A stretch of 64,000 bases of DNA, taken from contig MU058337.1 in NCBI GenBank assembly GCA_013265495.1, positions 2,448,686 to 2,512,685 of the forward strand, given 5' to 3'. Positions 26,060 to 39,320 of the stretch are shown here, piece after piece; the stretch's first letter is position 1; the number at the start of each line of letters is the position of its first letter. The stretch is from Vicugna vicugna. Lineage: Eukaryota. The notes under the pieces were generated by a model. That model was given only the letters and a program-made list of their open reading frames with translations, did not search any database and was not told where the DNA came from. A program made the position numbers and the translations under genes.

Positions 26060-26960
26060 TATTTTTTAAGTGGGCAAGTGACCATTTTTACAGCAAGGCT
26101 CACTCTGTTAGCAATTTCAGATAAATACTAATGGGAGCAAACCATGAAGAAGACAGAACATTTAGAAGTTTATTGCAGTAATCCTGGAGAGATGATCAGA
26201 TACTAAGAGGTAAGCTGGAGAGAAAAGATGGCCATGAGAGGAACTGGTCTCTAGCTGGGATGGAGAGGGGGTCAGTGAGGGGTTGACCTTCATTACCTGG
26301 TTGGATGCAGAGGTCCTTCATCCAGGCAGGACATAGAGGAGGGTGACAAGGTTTGGGACTTGCAAATAACAATGTCTGATTGGGACCTTTTGAGTTTTAA
26401 GGGCCATTTGTCCAGTAGTCTCTGGTGAAATTGTATCTTTTGACTACAGAGCTTCTGTCACACAATGTCTTACTTACCTTAGAATTCATAGGGAATCTAA
26501 TCATGAGTTGACAAGTAGCAAGAACTTAGTAAATATTTGGCAGACTGGAATTCAGGGAGGACAGACATTTGAAAATCATTGTGGGGGAATAATATAGTAC
26601 AGTATTGAGTAGTCAGCCTCAACGTGAGCAAAGTCACTGGGGGAAGCAATCACCGGGAAGGCCACCAACATTAAGGACGAGGCATCAAAAGCCTCAGAAA
26701 GAAAAGAAGACTAGATATTGTTCAGAATATCCAGGGAAGGCTTTTGTTTATTTTGATGGTGGAGGCAATCAGAAAATTAGTGAAGGACAAAGAATGTCTT
26801 AAAGGACCTAGAGGACTCGCCAGTTTCTGTGGCATGAGGGGCGCTTCTAACATGAGTTGGAGAGTGAATGACAGTGTAGAGCTGGAAGCAAAGTGTGTCT
26901 TACAGAAGGTGGGCTGTGAGGGAGAAAAGCCCTTATACCCTCCCTGCCCAAAATATGGGC
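26060..26960 (-). mobile_element. L2 LINE fragments
   Basis: TTATTGCAGTAATCCTGGAGAGATGA, ATTGGGACCTTTTGAGTTTTAAGGGCC and CCAACATTAAG resemble L2 body segments. Confidence 0.55.
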
Positions 26961-29599
26961 GAAATGTATGTGACATTATCAAGTAAGTGATCAGGATGCA
27001 AGATGTGACACACAGGATACAAACAATGAAAAAAAATACACACATTTTATATTTCATGTATAGATGATTACAAGGAAATATACTATACTGGGAACAGAAT
27101 CATCCTCTGTAAGATGATATTATGGGTTACTTCTTGCTAGTTTAAAAAATAATTTCCTCTCATTTGCTGGTATTCTGTGAGCTGACACAAATTCCATATT
27201 CATACAAAAAGCAAGGGGGAAAGAAAAAGAAAGACAGGAGCACTTGGCTCTGTATCCCTTAACTACCAAATCCCAGGGACCCTTTACTCCCCCAGTGGTC
27301 CTGTTGTCACTCATTAAGGTGCCCTAGGCGGCATCACCCAAAAACAGTGACTTCTGAGAGGTAACAACCCAGACCCGGCCTAAAGCGATTTGGAAGGAGA
27401 GATGGCACTTTTTGCCCAAGTTCTATTAATCCCACGGGTTAAAGCACCTGACCTACGGTGTCAAAATGGCATCTCGGCCACAGTTACTAACGAAAGGGCC
27501 GTGTGCACGTGTGCTTACGGTAGACCGCGTAACGTGCCATGCTCCATTTGTTAAAGTTCGCATGTCAAAACAGGCAAAATTGTACCTCTCAGTGTCATCT
27601 TTCATCTGTGACCAGAAAGACAAAAGCAGAATTATTAGGCTGGAGTAGGCCTTGCAAGATTGTTTAGTCCATTGCTTGATCTTAAGGAGAACCGCAGAAG
27701 TATTGTATACACTAGTCAACCAGGATTTATGGCGTCTTCACAGGTGCATAGCCTTGTAGAGCATCTGGCTCTCAATACCATCAGAGTCATGTTTTCCCAA
27801 GGACTTGAGTCGTTTTCAAGAGGAGCCAACAAAGGCTCAGAAGCAATACTATGTTTATTTTAGTACAAAAAATTGCATCCCCACAATTCACTGCTCATTG
27901 TGTGCAGTGGCAGGAATAAATAGTGAAGAATGAAGCGCAGCCCTGTCTTCAAGAAGTTCAGCACCACTAGCAGCCCCGTCCCCCTCACCCCGCTTTGTAC
28001 TTATCGTCACAGTCACACCACAGCGGCCACAACCGCTGCCGGGTCTCTGTGAAGCTTCTGAAGCATCTGAAACTTATCATACGTTCCTTGGAAAGTCAGC
28101 AAGTTCTGTGGCCACTGATATGTACGCAAGCACACATATTACATGTGGCAACAGCTTGTAAAAGTTTGATATGAGATTGGATATGTTGCTTTTATTCCAA
28201 AACACCCAAATATGTCTTTGTGGGAAAGCAAAATGCAAAAGGATGAAGGCAGTGAACTCAAACTACAGCCTGTGTCCAGACGGAGGTCCCAAGGGTTGTT
28301 GTCTCAGACTTGTCCCCCCGCAGCCTCCAGATCTCACTCAACCTCAAAACCTCATCTGCTGACACTCCTGTGGCAAGGATCTAGCCAGCTGCTGTGGCTA
28401 AAATGACCTGCATTTCAGGGTTTCTGGTCCAGAGATCATTTGGAATGCACCTCCTTCCTCCTTACCACCGTAGAAGAGAAAAACTAAAGAATTCAGCCTT
28501 GAAAATAGATTTCTAGATGGTGTATATATTGTACGGTTGGCCAAGCAGAGATGAAAGATGCTGGTCACACAAGGGTTGAGCACAAGTGAAATGTTTGAGT
28601 AGTTTATGGAGTCATCTGACCTGAACCCCAAACTTCAGGATTCCAAAGCATGACCTTCTGATGTGTCCTGAAAGCGTCACGTTATGTATGAATATTATAT
28701 AAACATGCAATACTGGTGATTTATTAAAGAGCCAGAATATAGACTCACAGGCCAAAAAGAGAGTTCACATTAGCCAGAGAGGTTTGATCTGCTTATGAAA
28801 AGAACACGTGAGTGTCGGCATTTACCAGGCAGTGAACACCTTTATGAGAGAACCCTGGTTCTCACTCTGTGATGTGTTAAATGTCACCCTCTGCCTAGCA
28901 ACAGTATCTTTGCCGAATTGATTTAATGGATGCTAGGCCTGGGGAGGGGCTGGGTTGGTAAAATCTCACCTTGCACACACTACCTTTCTAAGATGGTTTC
29001 TATAGACATGAGGTGGACAGACACCCTCCCTCGTGCTGTGGAGACTAGCGTCAGAGGAAAGGCAGGTGCGTCTCACCCTGGGCATTGACCTCAGGCGCGG
29101 GGAACAGCCTGGCCCAAGGTTACCTCTTTCCCAAGGGGACAGCCCGTGACTGATGGCTGGTGGATATGCAGATCCAAGGCTCCAGCCTCTTTGCTTAGAT
29201 CTGGGACACTTCCTAAAGGTCATCTCAATCCCAAAACTTGTTGCAGCCTCACTTGCAACCATATTGCATGTCAACTTCATCCTCTGTCCATTCCAGCCTT
29301 CTTTGCTTTCTTGTAAATATATCTCTCGAGTGCCCTGCAGCTCAACTGAACTTCTGCTTTCAACTCCTCTTAGAGTCTGTGTCCTGAGAAATCATGACTA
29401 AGCTGCAAAGTTTCTTCATCATATGAAGAAACTCGAGCTAACGGCAAGCCAATCTTTTTCATCTTTCTTCTTTTTTTAACAGAATGCACGGTAACGTGAT
29501 TTCAGTGCACTGGGCTCAAACTCAAACCATCTCTTTCTTCACATGCAGCTCTTGGTGTGGTCCTCTCTGCCGGTCTGAGCCATCAGTGATGTTGAAGCT

Positions 29600-29810
29600 G
29601 TATTGTTATCTGGCAATGGGTTTTAATCAGGACTTGTTAAATTTTTGTTTGTGTGTAACGTTGTATTGAATAAATTGTAAATCACGTTGGCTGGTGGCGA
29701 AATAGAACAATTAAGCTGCCCAGTGGCAGGCTGACATTTATCAGGCTATTTGCACTGTGAGGTTAAATGACAACTATGAGTGTAATCCAATTTGTGTTTT
29801 CAGCAGCTTA
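29600..29810. promoter_or_regulatory. Putative developmental enhancer-like segment
   Basis: No recognisable repeat. PBX-HOX (TGATTTACA on - strand, 29676-29684), SOX/homeobox AACAATTA (29706-29713), TGACATTTAT, ATTTGCA and TAATCC (29783). Motif inference only. Confidence 0.35.
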
Positions 29811-31015
29811 GGGAAGCATCGAGGTGCCTGCAGTGTCTGTGAATGGGCTGCCCGTGTGGGGCACTGATTCTAAAATACAGTCTTCCCTCTTCCCAGATTT
29901 CCATTTTGTGTATTTTTCCCCAGGTCAGCTCTAGCTATTGAGGAATGCGTTTTCCCTGGAGCGAGCCCCAGGGGTCACTTCTGTGGTAGCTCGCCTCTGC
30001 GAGCCCTTGCAGAGAAAGGAGGTGACTAATTTTAACCTCGGTTAAAAATTCTGCTTCTACCTGGGGACAGGTGTGTCGTCTCTATTACACAACTCGTCGC
30101 CACAGCCTGTGGGAAGAACTAAGACGTAGAGATGGTGGAAGTGGAAACAGGAAACAGCCAGCCCCAGGTAGCCATCACGCAGACTGGAGACGTAAAAATG
30201 ACTGCCCTGACTCAGCCGTACCCCTCTGCAACCTCCCATTAGCCGACCCCCAAATACGCTTTTGAACACTGTATTTGAAAACACATACGAACACTATGTA
30301 TAGAAAGCTTGCTGTACACATCTGGCCTTTTCTTACTCCCCTTAAGTTACAGACAAAATTGAATTAGAATGTCTGATGGGGGTCTGTTTACAGTTCTAAT
30401 ATTAACCCAATAATTAAGCTGTTCAACCAGGTTTCCAGACGCAGCGCTCAGAGTGGGAACAGGCAAGTTATTCCAACTCATCCTCGGATGAATTTGTCCC
30501 ACTTGTTAGATTGCGATATTTATGTAAAAAAAAAAGATATCAGATCTCTTTTACCTAATACAGATCTTATGGAAACAGAAACTATATAGTAAATGCAAAG
30601 TTAAATTTAAGACAGCCGGTCAGAAACGGAACTGTTATTATAAAATAACACGTTAACAGCATGTTCATCCTTAAAAGCAAGGAAATAAGTCATGGAAATA
30701 AGTAGTCCAGGTTTAATAAAACCCCTCAGCTTGCAGCGGCTGGAGCAGGGTGGAGAAGGATACGTGCCTACTAATCTAAAATAAATTCATTGAAGTGCTC
30801 ACAGTTGTCTAAAGAATTTTTTTTCTTGACACATTCAACATGATACTTTTATGAGGAAGACTGAAAGAATTAAAAAAAAAGATAAAGGCTGACTTCAAGG
30901 ACATAGCAGCCTCCAACGTTAGACCAGGGAGCTTAGAAATTTATGACCAGCATCCTATTCAAAACTTTGTCATAATTTTTATTTAGCACAGGAACTCACT
31001 TAAAAATATAAATCC

Positions 31016-31180
31016 GGGGGGAGGTATAGTTCAGTGGTTGAGCGCATGCTTAGCATGCACGGGGTCCTGGGTTCAATCCTGAGTACCCCCTCCAGAAATA
31101 AATGAAGCTGATTATCTCCCCCTACTCCCACCAAAATAAAATAATTAAATAATACAATAACAAATAGCAAATAAATAAAA
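31016..31180 (+). mobile_element. Camelid tRNA-derived SINE (vic-1 type)
   Basis: GGGGGAGGTATAGTTCAGTGGTTGAGCGCATGCTTAGCATGCACGGGGTCCTGGGTTCAATCC with Pol III A and B boxes, an A-rich tail and a TSD-like AAAATAT...ATCC. Confidence 0.9.
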
Positions 31181-31789
31181 TATTATATATATATACACAC
31201 ACACACATCCAAAGTCCTTTCATCTATTAAAGAACAGTATTAATGCCTTCTGGATAATAACATTCTCTGATTCTGTATTTTGTCAAGCTGGAAACTGTAA
31301 GCTAATAAAATCTTTGCTTCTTTTAGATTTATTGTCAGTCACTGAATTGCTCAACTTTGAGTCAATGTAAGTTTCAAAGATATGTGAAAGTTCAGAAAAT
31401 GTCAACAAATTGCTCATATTTCCATTGTTTTAAAAATCACACGTGGAACTCAATTTAGATGTCTTGGTAAATTGAAAAAAAAAAATTCCCTGATTTTATT
31501 TTTTAATTCCTCAAGCACATTTTGAAATGTCTGCTCTGAGACCAGCACTGGTCTACTCAGGGCAAAACAAGTAGAGATTGATACGTAATAGGAGATTGAT
31601 AGACAGATAACTAGATAGATAGATAATAGATGCAGTGGATACTTTAAATGTCCACTCACGGCAGAAAACTTAATCTTGCGTTCAAGATAAAATCCAGACT
31701 TAGATTCTGTGTTACAGTCGGTGCCCCACTCCCCACCTCCCACACCCCCGCACCACCTCCTCCTGGGATGAGGGTGGGAGGTGGGGTAG

Positions 31790-31950
31790 TCATCTGGGCT
31801 ACCGTGGATAAGTTATGTGCCCTCGTAATGCCTCACTCTCTGCATGTGTGACAGCGTTACGGTAATAACAGTGCTTGTCTCATAGCATTGGTACTTGTAT
31901 TAAATTATTTCATGTATTTAAAGTACTTAAAGCAGTAATTTGCACTCAGT
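31790..31950 (+). mobile_element. MIR SINE
   Basis: GCCTCACTCTCTGCATGTGTGA...TAATAACAGTGCTTGTCTCATAG...ATTAAAT...AAAGTACTTAAAGCAGT. Confidence 0.65.
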
Positions 31951-32892
31951 GAGTAACAGGAGAGCCCCGGGGGTTAGTCCTCTGACTTCTGCTATGGAGT
32001 TCTTCCCAGGTCTTGAGCCAGCATTTCTTACCCATGATGTCTGACGTCTGGGGGCCCATTTCAGTCTCTAGTCATGAGGTTTGCATTGAGTTCTTCAAAC
32101 CTTGACTGAGGGGCTTCACAATGAGACCGAGACCCTAGGCTGGCTGGCTGGCTGCCTCCAAGGATGCTCTCAGGCACATTCCCCTGAACAGGGCACTCAG
32201 CCCTGGGTCTCCATCATGCCAGCCCCATGAGGGACAGGGCTGTCTCTACACCCCTGCAGTTCCCAGGGAATCAAGCCTTAGGTGCTTTATCTTCTGGGAT
32301 TTCCCCAAAGTTATCTAAGGTTTTCACCTTTTTATCATCCCTCCCCCAAGGTTTTCTGCCTTTCTGGAGGCCAGGGCAAAGTGCCCCTTTCTCTTTGTTT
32401 TGCATCAACTACTGACTCTCTTCCTCTCCGCTAATTATGTCTCCTCCACTCAGCAAACAGTGATGACCATCTCATTCTTAGCGGGATTGTGTGGGGAGGG
32501 TGGGGGAGGCTGTTGCGCGGTGGTGAGACTAAGTCTGTCTTCTCATACAAGTTCTTTCCAATCTCTTGTTTATAGATATGTTCTGTGCCCTGTTTCATCA
32601 TGTTTTCACTGCTGATATTTGAAACGTGTATCTTCTGAATGTCAAAGATATTTTCTTTCAAGTGCCTGTCTCTAGAGTTTGAAATGCTTGGCTCAAATGA
32701 AAAATTTCTTTCTGTAACTCAGCTGTCTTCTTTATTCTGGGTTATATATGCACTCTCCCTAAAAGCAAGGAATGAATTACGTGAGGAGGTACAGGTAATA
32801 GAAACGTGATAAAAAGAGATCTTTGTTGTTATCTAAAACACTGCTTGTCATATCCATTTAACTTACTTTAATTCCCATTAGAAATATTTCAC

Positions 32893-33106
32893 ATTCACTC
32901 GTAGGTATGGACCCAAAGGAATTTCAGTCAGGTACTCAAACAAATACGTGTACACGAATGTTCACTCAGCACCATTCACTGCAGCCAACCAATGGAAACC
33001 ACCCAAATGCTACCAACAGATGAATGGATAAACAAAGCAATTTCTGTCCACACAGTGGAATATTATTCAGCCATGCAAAGGAATGAAGTCCTGACACTGC
33101 TACATG
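32893..33106 (+). mobile_element. L1MB-type fragment (ORF2 end / 3'UTR)
   Basis: CAAATACGTGTACACGAATGTTCA...AATGGAAACCACCCAAATG...CAGATGAATGGATAAACAAA...GGAATATTATTCAGCCAT. Confidence 0.85.
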
Positions 33107-33129
33107 TACGAACTTGGAGGAGCATCTTG

Positions 33130-33340
33130 CGAACTAGGGCTCTAGCTTCAGAGGTCACAAGCAGGACTTTGGTGTTGACTCTCAGTGAGATGGAGAGTCC
33201 CTGGAAGGTGTTCTGCACGGAAGAGACACGATCGGGCCGCCAGGAGGACTGTGGCTGTGTTGAGAATAAGCTAGAAGACGGTGGAAGTGGAGGCACTGAG
33301 ACTGAGGGTCTTGCAACACAGGGTATCCACTGGCTGTCAG
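33130..33340 (-). mobile_element. L2 LINE fragment
   Basis: GGACTTTGGTGTTGACTCTCAGTGAGATGGAGAGTCCCTGGAAGG...ACTGTGGCTGTGTTGAGAATA. Confidence 0.6.
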
Positions 33341-34639
33341 TATAAAGAAAAAAAAACCCCTTAGTTTCACAAGAGGAAAGGAGATGACTGATGTCATTAG
33401 CAACAAACCCAGAGCATCCAGCATCTCTCTTTTCTCCCGCAAGGTCATCTAACTTCAGAGGATGGAAATGTGAGGACGGGTGTCAGTTACTTTTCGGAAG
33501 AGAACGAAATGATTATTGCAGAGAGTGGGAGAACTGATTGACTGGAGAACTATTTTGTTATTCTAAAGCATTTTTGCATAAACAAATGAGGCTGTGACTG
33601 TCCAGGGATGTGAAATGGCTCCTCACTTTTGTGCATGCCAAAACTAAAACTAGAAGCATGCCTGGCGCCTAGGTATCTGAATTCCAAACTCATTGCAGCA
33701 TCCTGGTTTCAAAAGGAGGGTATCCTGGAGGTTGAGTGTCATTGAATTTTGATGAATAAATATTTGTCAAATGACTGCATCAGTATTTTATATATAATAT
33801 GAATACCTTCATTTTTGCCAAATATTTTCAATAAGTGCGTGGCAAAATATTAAGTAAAGTAAAAGCAAAATGGGTTATTTGGGTGCCTTGAAGAGATTTT
33901 CTTCCATCGACAACTTGTAAAGAGTCATATGAAAAGGTTTCCTGCCATCTTCACCTTCCCTCCCAGTATTTTTCCACATATATATGTATTTTTCACATCC
34001 CCAAAATGCGAAGTTTACTGTTCAGAGGATTTAAGGGCAGGGCATGCAACAATGACTCCACTACTTTTCATGATCGCTTCCCACACTTTGAGGGTTCTCG
34101 CAAGGAAGGAGACACGGGGGTTCCTCCCATGAAAATGGACATTCCGCCACTTTCATATCGTAGTGAATAAATTATATTCACGATGAACGTTTCAGAGGTC
34201 ACGACGTTAAAAGAGATTCTATTTCCTACAGAGTTTAAGTCATTGAGGCTTTGGGTCACATGTATCACTTGTAAAAAGAATTTTACGGACCAGGAATACA
34301 TTTACAAAGTGTCTACATACTGTCTGAGTGTGACGTTCATTTGCATGAGAATCACCCTTTCCACTGTGTTCTTACAACTTCCCCTTCGTTGGTAGGATGT
34401 TTATTGGTTCATTATTTGTAAAATAGTAAAATCTCATCTAAAAAAAAAAAAAAGCGTGTTGTGTCTTTAATTTAAAAACCGCCCCAGGGCCCTATGGGGT
34501 ATATTAAATCTGTCTCTTTGCCGTATATCTTGATGTACATTTTACTTGAAACCAGGTGTTTTGTATATTGAACTTTTTAACACCGCGGGGAGGTAAGTAT
34601 TCACAGCTGGAGTTTTATGCTTCACACATTTTCATGTTG

Positions 34640-36780
34640 GAGGACAAGAAGCAGCCCCCAGGACAAAGCTCCCCCGGCGTGAAGGCAGGCCGAGCACAGT
34701 CCGGCTGTGTCTGGTGGCAGGACACACAGACGGCGACGTCACAGAGGGAGGACCTGCATGCAGAGTAGGTGCCCGTGACACCAAGACCGAACGTTTCCAG
34801 GAATCCAAGTGCAAGGTTCTCAGATCAATCATGGAGCCGTGAGGTTGTCACTGCACAGAAGGGCTGTGACACAGCATCAAAGCCAGGCCAGCGAGGGGAG
34901 AGGCCTTTGTCTGGGCAGCTTTTGTCCTCACAGCCAGCCCTGGGGGCGGCTCACAGGCCCTGTGAAAGGCCGAGTTAATCTGTTTCCAGAGATCATTGCT
35001 GGGCTGTGTGGACTTAGCTCACAGTCATCACAGAAGAATAACCAGGTTGGCGTGGCCAGAAAAAGCATCGATTTTGCTGCAGGGTCTGTTGATTGCTTTG
35101 CATGTGTCATTGTCCTCTCACGGGAGAGGTGACTGACCTCCCCAAACCGGCTGGCACAGCCACTGCGCGGCCTCTTCGCCTCAGAACTGAACTTTGCACG
35201 TCAAGAAAGAAGATGGTTTAAGAAAAACATGTTTCTAGTTTTTTCTTCTGGATTGAGTTTACCCTCCAAAGTTAAAACTCCAACAACGAAAAGGCCCCTT
35301 CCCACTCCTTGATGATTCTTCCCAGAGCAAGTTGCCACGGCACGGCCGGGACATTTTTGCTCCTCGCAGCCGTGGGCTGGGGCTCTGGGAAAGTTCCTGG
35401 CAAGGGCCGGGACTGCGCGACTCGGCTCTGAGAGTCTGTCTTGTCTTTGTGTGTGGCTTTGATGTCCTCGGCCCCAGGAAAGTTTCACTTCAGTTGCGCG
35501 GGTTGTAGATCAGCCCCTTCTCTGTTCAAATCTGACAATCTTCCTACATTGAGTCAGTGCCGATCACTTTTAAGATTCTCATCGTTTGCGGACAGACACT
35601 TCCCGGTGGGCGTCGTCTTTGCCTCAAGCTAAATGAGGCCCCGCTCTTTGCATGTATAATGGTGCTCTGAGGCCTCAAAGATTCACCCGCCTTGAGATGG
35701 GCCTCGGTGCGTGGATGCGCGCAGTGGCTGAGCATTCGGGGCGGTGCAGCTCCAACAGTTGGCACCATGAGTTTTCATGCCAAGGAAAAAAAAATAGAAA
35801 CCTTTTTAAAAAAATGTAAACAGTGACACCAAGAATAGGGAGTCAAGAGGGATTCTGGCTGCGTCTGGCCGCTGCGTGGGAGCAGCGCGGCCACTCAGCT
35901 TTGACGAGGGGAGGGGAAACCAAAAGGAGGTGCGGTGTTTTTAATGCTTTTGGCAGATGCTCTTTGAAGTGGTTTGAAATATTTTTCTTCGCACTTAGGC
36001 CGAGGCCCACTGTGTTTGGCCAATAATTCTCTCGATACACTTTCTCTCTCGGGTTTGAGCGCTGTTCAGTTGTTTCCGTGGGTCACGCCTCACAGCAGGA
36101 AGCCAGGTGCGGGATCTGCGCGGCGTGTGGAGCAGGGCGTCCGCGCCTGCCCGGGTCCTCCGGGCGCAGAATTGCTCTCTGGATGTGACAAAGCCACTTT
36201 CTGTGTATGTGGAAGCAGCTTGAAAGGTCAGTGGAGAAAGGAGGCGGACATTCCGGGAAGACTCTCGATGGGAAGTTCAAGTGAGAGGCGAACGCCCAAG
36301 GCCCCCCCCCCCCCCCAGGCACCCTGTCTCCAGCCCCGTATCGTCGGCTCGGGGGCGCGGGGAACTCCAGGCCCCCCACCGGCATGGCCTGGGGCAGCTC
36401 ACTGTCTTGCAGAATAGCTGTGTGAGGTGGCGAGTTTCTGGAAAAGTTCGCCACAGCGACACTCAGGACGCAGAAAACACTCGCTTCCTTGGACGCCCGG
36501 ATGGACGACAGGCTGGGTCTGAGGTCTGCCGCTGACCAAGATGAATGATAGTCGTCAGCACTGGGCCGAAGCTAGTTTCCATGGAGGCTTGGAGGTGGCC
36601 GACCCCGGGAGGCCAGCCGGCAGGGAAGCGGCCTTGGACAGTTAACGTTAGCCGCTCACTCTGCAAACTAGCGCTAAAATGACGAGAAGTGTGAGGTGCA
36701 TTGTAATCCGTGTCTACGCCACCCACCGTGCACATGGACATGGGCGCACCTCTGCTCCCCCGTGGCCGGTTTCACTTTTC
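34640..36780. promoter_or_regulatory. GC/CpG-rich tract (CpG-island-like, no gene identified)
   Basis: G+C and CpG density visibly elevated versus AT-rich flanks. GC-box-like GGGGCGG near 34943 and 35738, and a C15 run at 36302-36316. Confidence 0.5.
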
Positions 36781-39155
36781 TCTGCTTCCTCCTTTCCCTC
36801 TCACCAAAAATCGCTTACAACTTTCCAAAGGCTGACCGCCTGAGCTCCAGATACAATGCTTTTTACCTGTGAGGAGTTACTGAGCTGGGAGGCTTTCGGG
36901 AGGCCAAGTGGGCATTGTGATTTGCCTCAAAACTTAAATCCACATCACAGTTGGGTGTTCATCCTGGAGAAATATGTAGGTTAATTTGGTGACTAAATAT
37001 ATGATAAAGATTGCTATTTGGAAGTACTGGGTGAGCTTCAAAAATCAAAGAATGTTTCAGTGTTCTGTGTTGTACTGACTGTATTGGACCAATATTCAGA
37101 TAGCATTTCAATTACAGGTTTAGAAAGTTTAAGAATTAACCCTTAACTTTAATCAAAAATTATTCACTGGGGTACATGTAAATATAGATTATTCATAATC
37201 ATCATAATTTTGTTTTCTTCCAAATACTTAGATCACAACACTACATCCTCTTAGAATTATTTGTAAAGTTAAATATTCCAGTGTAATTAAATTCATGTTT
37301 TTCTTTGGCACTCTTAAATCTTCTTCATTTACAATCAAGTGAGGAATAAAAAATTTTGACAACTAAGATGTTTAATTATCTGTGCTTTTTAAAAATAATA
37401 GACTAGAACAAAGGCACACAAATGTCAAAATCGAGAACAAGAAAACGCTTTGCCACTTCATAAGGAGAGTGCAGCATCCGAAGTCCACAAAGGTCCTACT
37501 TCAGTGTTATCTGTGCTGTTTTATTAGCAACAACAGCAAACACCTTAGATCTGCACAAAAGTACAGGCAGAATTAGGTGAGACAAGAGAACATCGCTATT
37601 GCTTCTGATCCAGAGAGCTTTGTCTGACTTTGGAACGAAGACATGGCTGAACTACCCGGAAACGTTTCTCATTGCTGGGACGTCCTCTGTTCCAAACTTC
37701 CGGCATGTTGGGCTCTGCCGATTCCTTTCAACCCAATAAGGTTTTCTTCCTGAGCTGATGTCTGCTGCACTGAATTTTTTCCTTCACGTTTCTCACGGGT
37801 ATGGATGACTCTAAGCTCTGTTCCCAAAATCTAGACTTATTAAGGTTATCTGAAAATGAAGTTTATATTTTGACATTTGATTGATGGGAGTTACTATATA
37901 ATTTCTAGACGTTCACACATATAATATATAAGCAACAATATCGAACATTAAAGATGCGTGTATGTATATACATATACCGTTATCCACGTGATGGGAAGAG
38001 CCCCTCCTCATTCTATAAGCAGGGGGTATCTCTCTCTCTCTCTCTCTCCAATCGCGTTTGGAGATTTCAGCCATAGCCTCTGGGCTTAATTGACTTTTCC
38101 ATGCCCACTTAATAGCTGAAAACGCAGTTTAAGCGTTCACGGGTAACATCTGACCCTTCGTATCACTGAGGTCCTTGGAATTTAAGAGTTCTATTTTTCA
38201 ATAAGGCATATATCACCTCTGGTGAAATTGTTATGACTTGAATGTCAATAATTTTCAAGAAGACAGAATTTTAATCCAAACCAAATGGCATCCCTTGGGG
38301 GAAAAAAAAAAGCTTAGCACGGACTGACATGTACATGTGTTTGGAGGGACGTTGCTCAGCGTGGGGATCTGAGGACAAGGGTGCCTGTTTACAGCGAGTG
38401 TAATGCACTTTCTGTGCTGAAACACAACTCCTTCAAAACCCCGAACAAAGGAAGTGTCTATCAGAAGGGCTCTTCAGCGCCCGCCACAGAGTGGACTCTC
38501 TCCAAACGCCAGGAGGAGTCCAGGCCTTGACTGGGGTAAGTGGTTCGAGGCAGAGTTCATGACAAAACACTGGAAGCCCAGGGCGGGGGAGGAGGAGGGG
38601 CGTTTACAAAGAGCACAAGAGATTCTTTCATACTTGCAGGGCTCAGCATTTCATTTTTAGCAATGTATGCAAACATCCTGAGTGACTAGCGAAAATGTAA
38701 GACTTTTTACATTATTTGATAAAGATATGTGCCTGAAAAAGAATCAGTATCATAAGAGAAGTGCACTTAAAGCAGAAAGATGAAAACTGTTGCCTGAAAC
38801 GGTATCTGAGAGTGGGAAGAAATGCCACTGAAGTAGAAAGTTCCTAGAGATAAATATGAACATGCTGTTGCCTCATCCTTTTAAGTTGGTTTTTAAAATG
38901 CAAACATGAAATCACAGTGTCGTTGGAAGTCCGTGTGTGTATGGAAAGAAAATATTGTGTATGTCGGATGACTGTTATAAAAGACAGACTTTGGTATAAA
39001 TTATAATCCAGGTAATTGAGAGAATAAAGTTTATTCTTATTTGAAAATGTCCAGATGTATGGTTTTCAATCAGTAGATAACACAGAGTCATCAACTTTCA
39101 TCTCCTCTGTAAAATTATCAGGGCCTGCACTGAACCTGTCTGCTCTGTGTGAACT

Positions 39156-39189
39156 ACACACACACAAACACACACACACACACACACAC
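39156..39189. repeat. (CA)n microsatellite, one interruption
   Basis: Seen directly. Confidence 0.95.
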
Positions 39190-39273
39190 CCCATAGTTCA
39201 TTTTTTATATGTTAATTGCTCCTGCAGACTGAGTCCAATGTTCAGAATAATAACTGTAGTTTCTCAACAACAA

Positions 39274-39320
39274 AGGAAGGAAGGAAGGAAGGAAAGAAGG
39301 AAAGTCAGAGAGAGAGAAGA
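39274..39320. repeat. (GGAA)n/(GA)n purine tract
   Basis: AGGAAGGAAGGAAGGAAGGAAAGAAGG...GAGAGAGAG. Confidence 0.85.

Noticed and set aside
27957..27977. REST/RE1 site TTCAGCACCACTAGCAGCCCC
   Set aside because: The left half matches, but the critical GGA core is replaced by TAG, and the site lies in an L2-like remnant.
31016..31090. tRNA gene
   Set aside because: The tRNA-like head has A/B boxes but is followed by a SINE body and A-rich tail, with related copies at 49803 and 56893-57040. It is a SINE.
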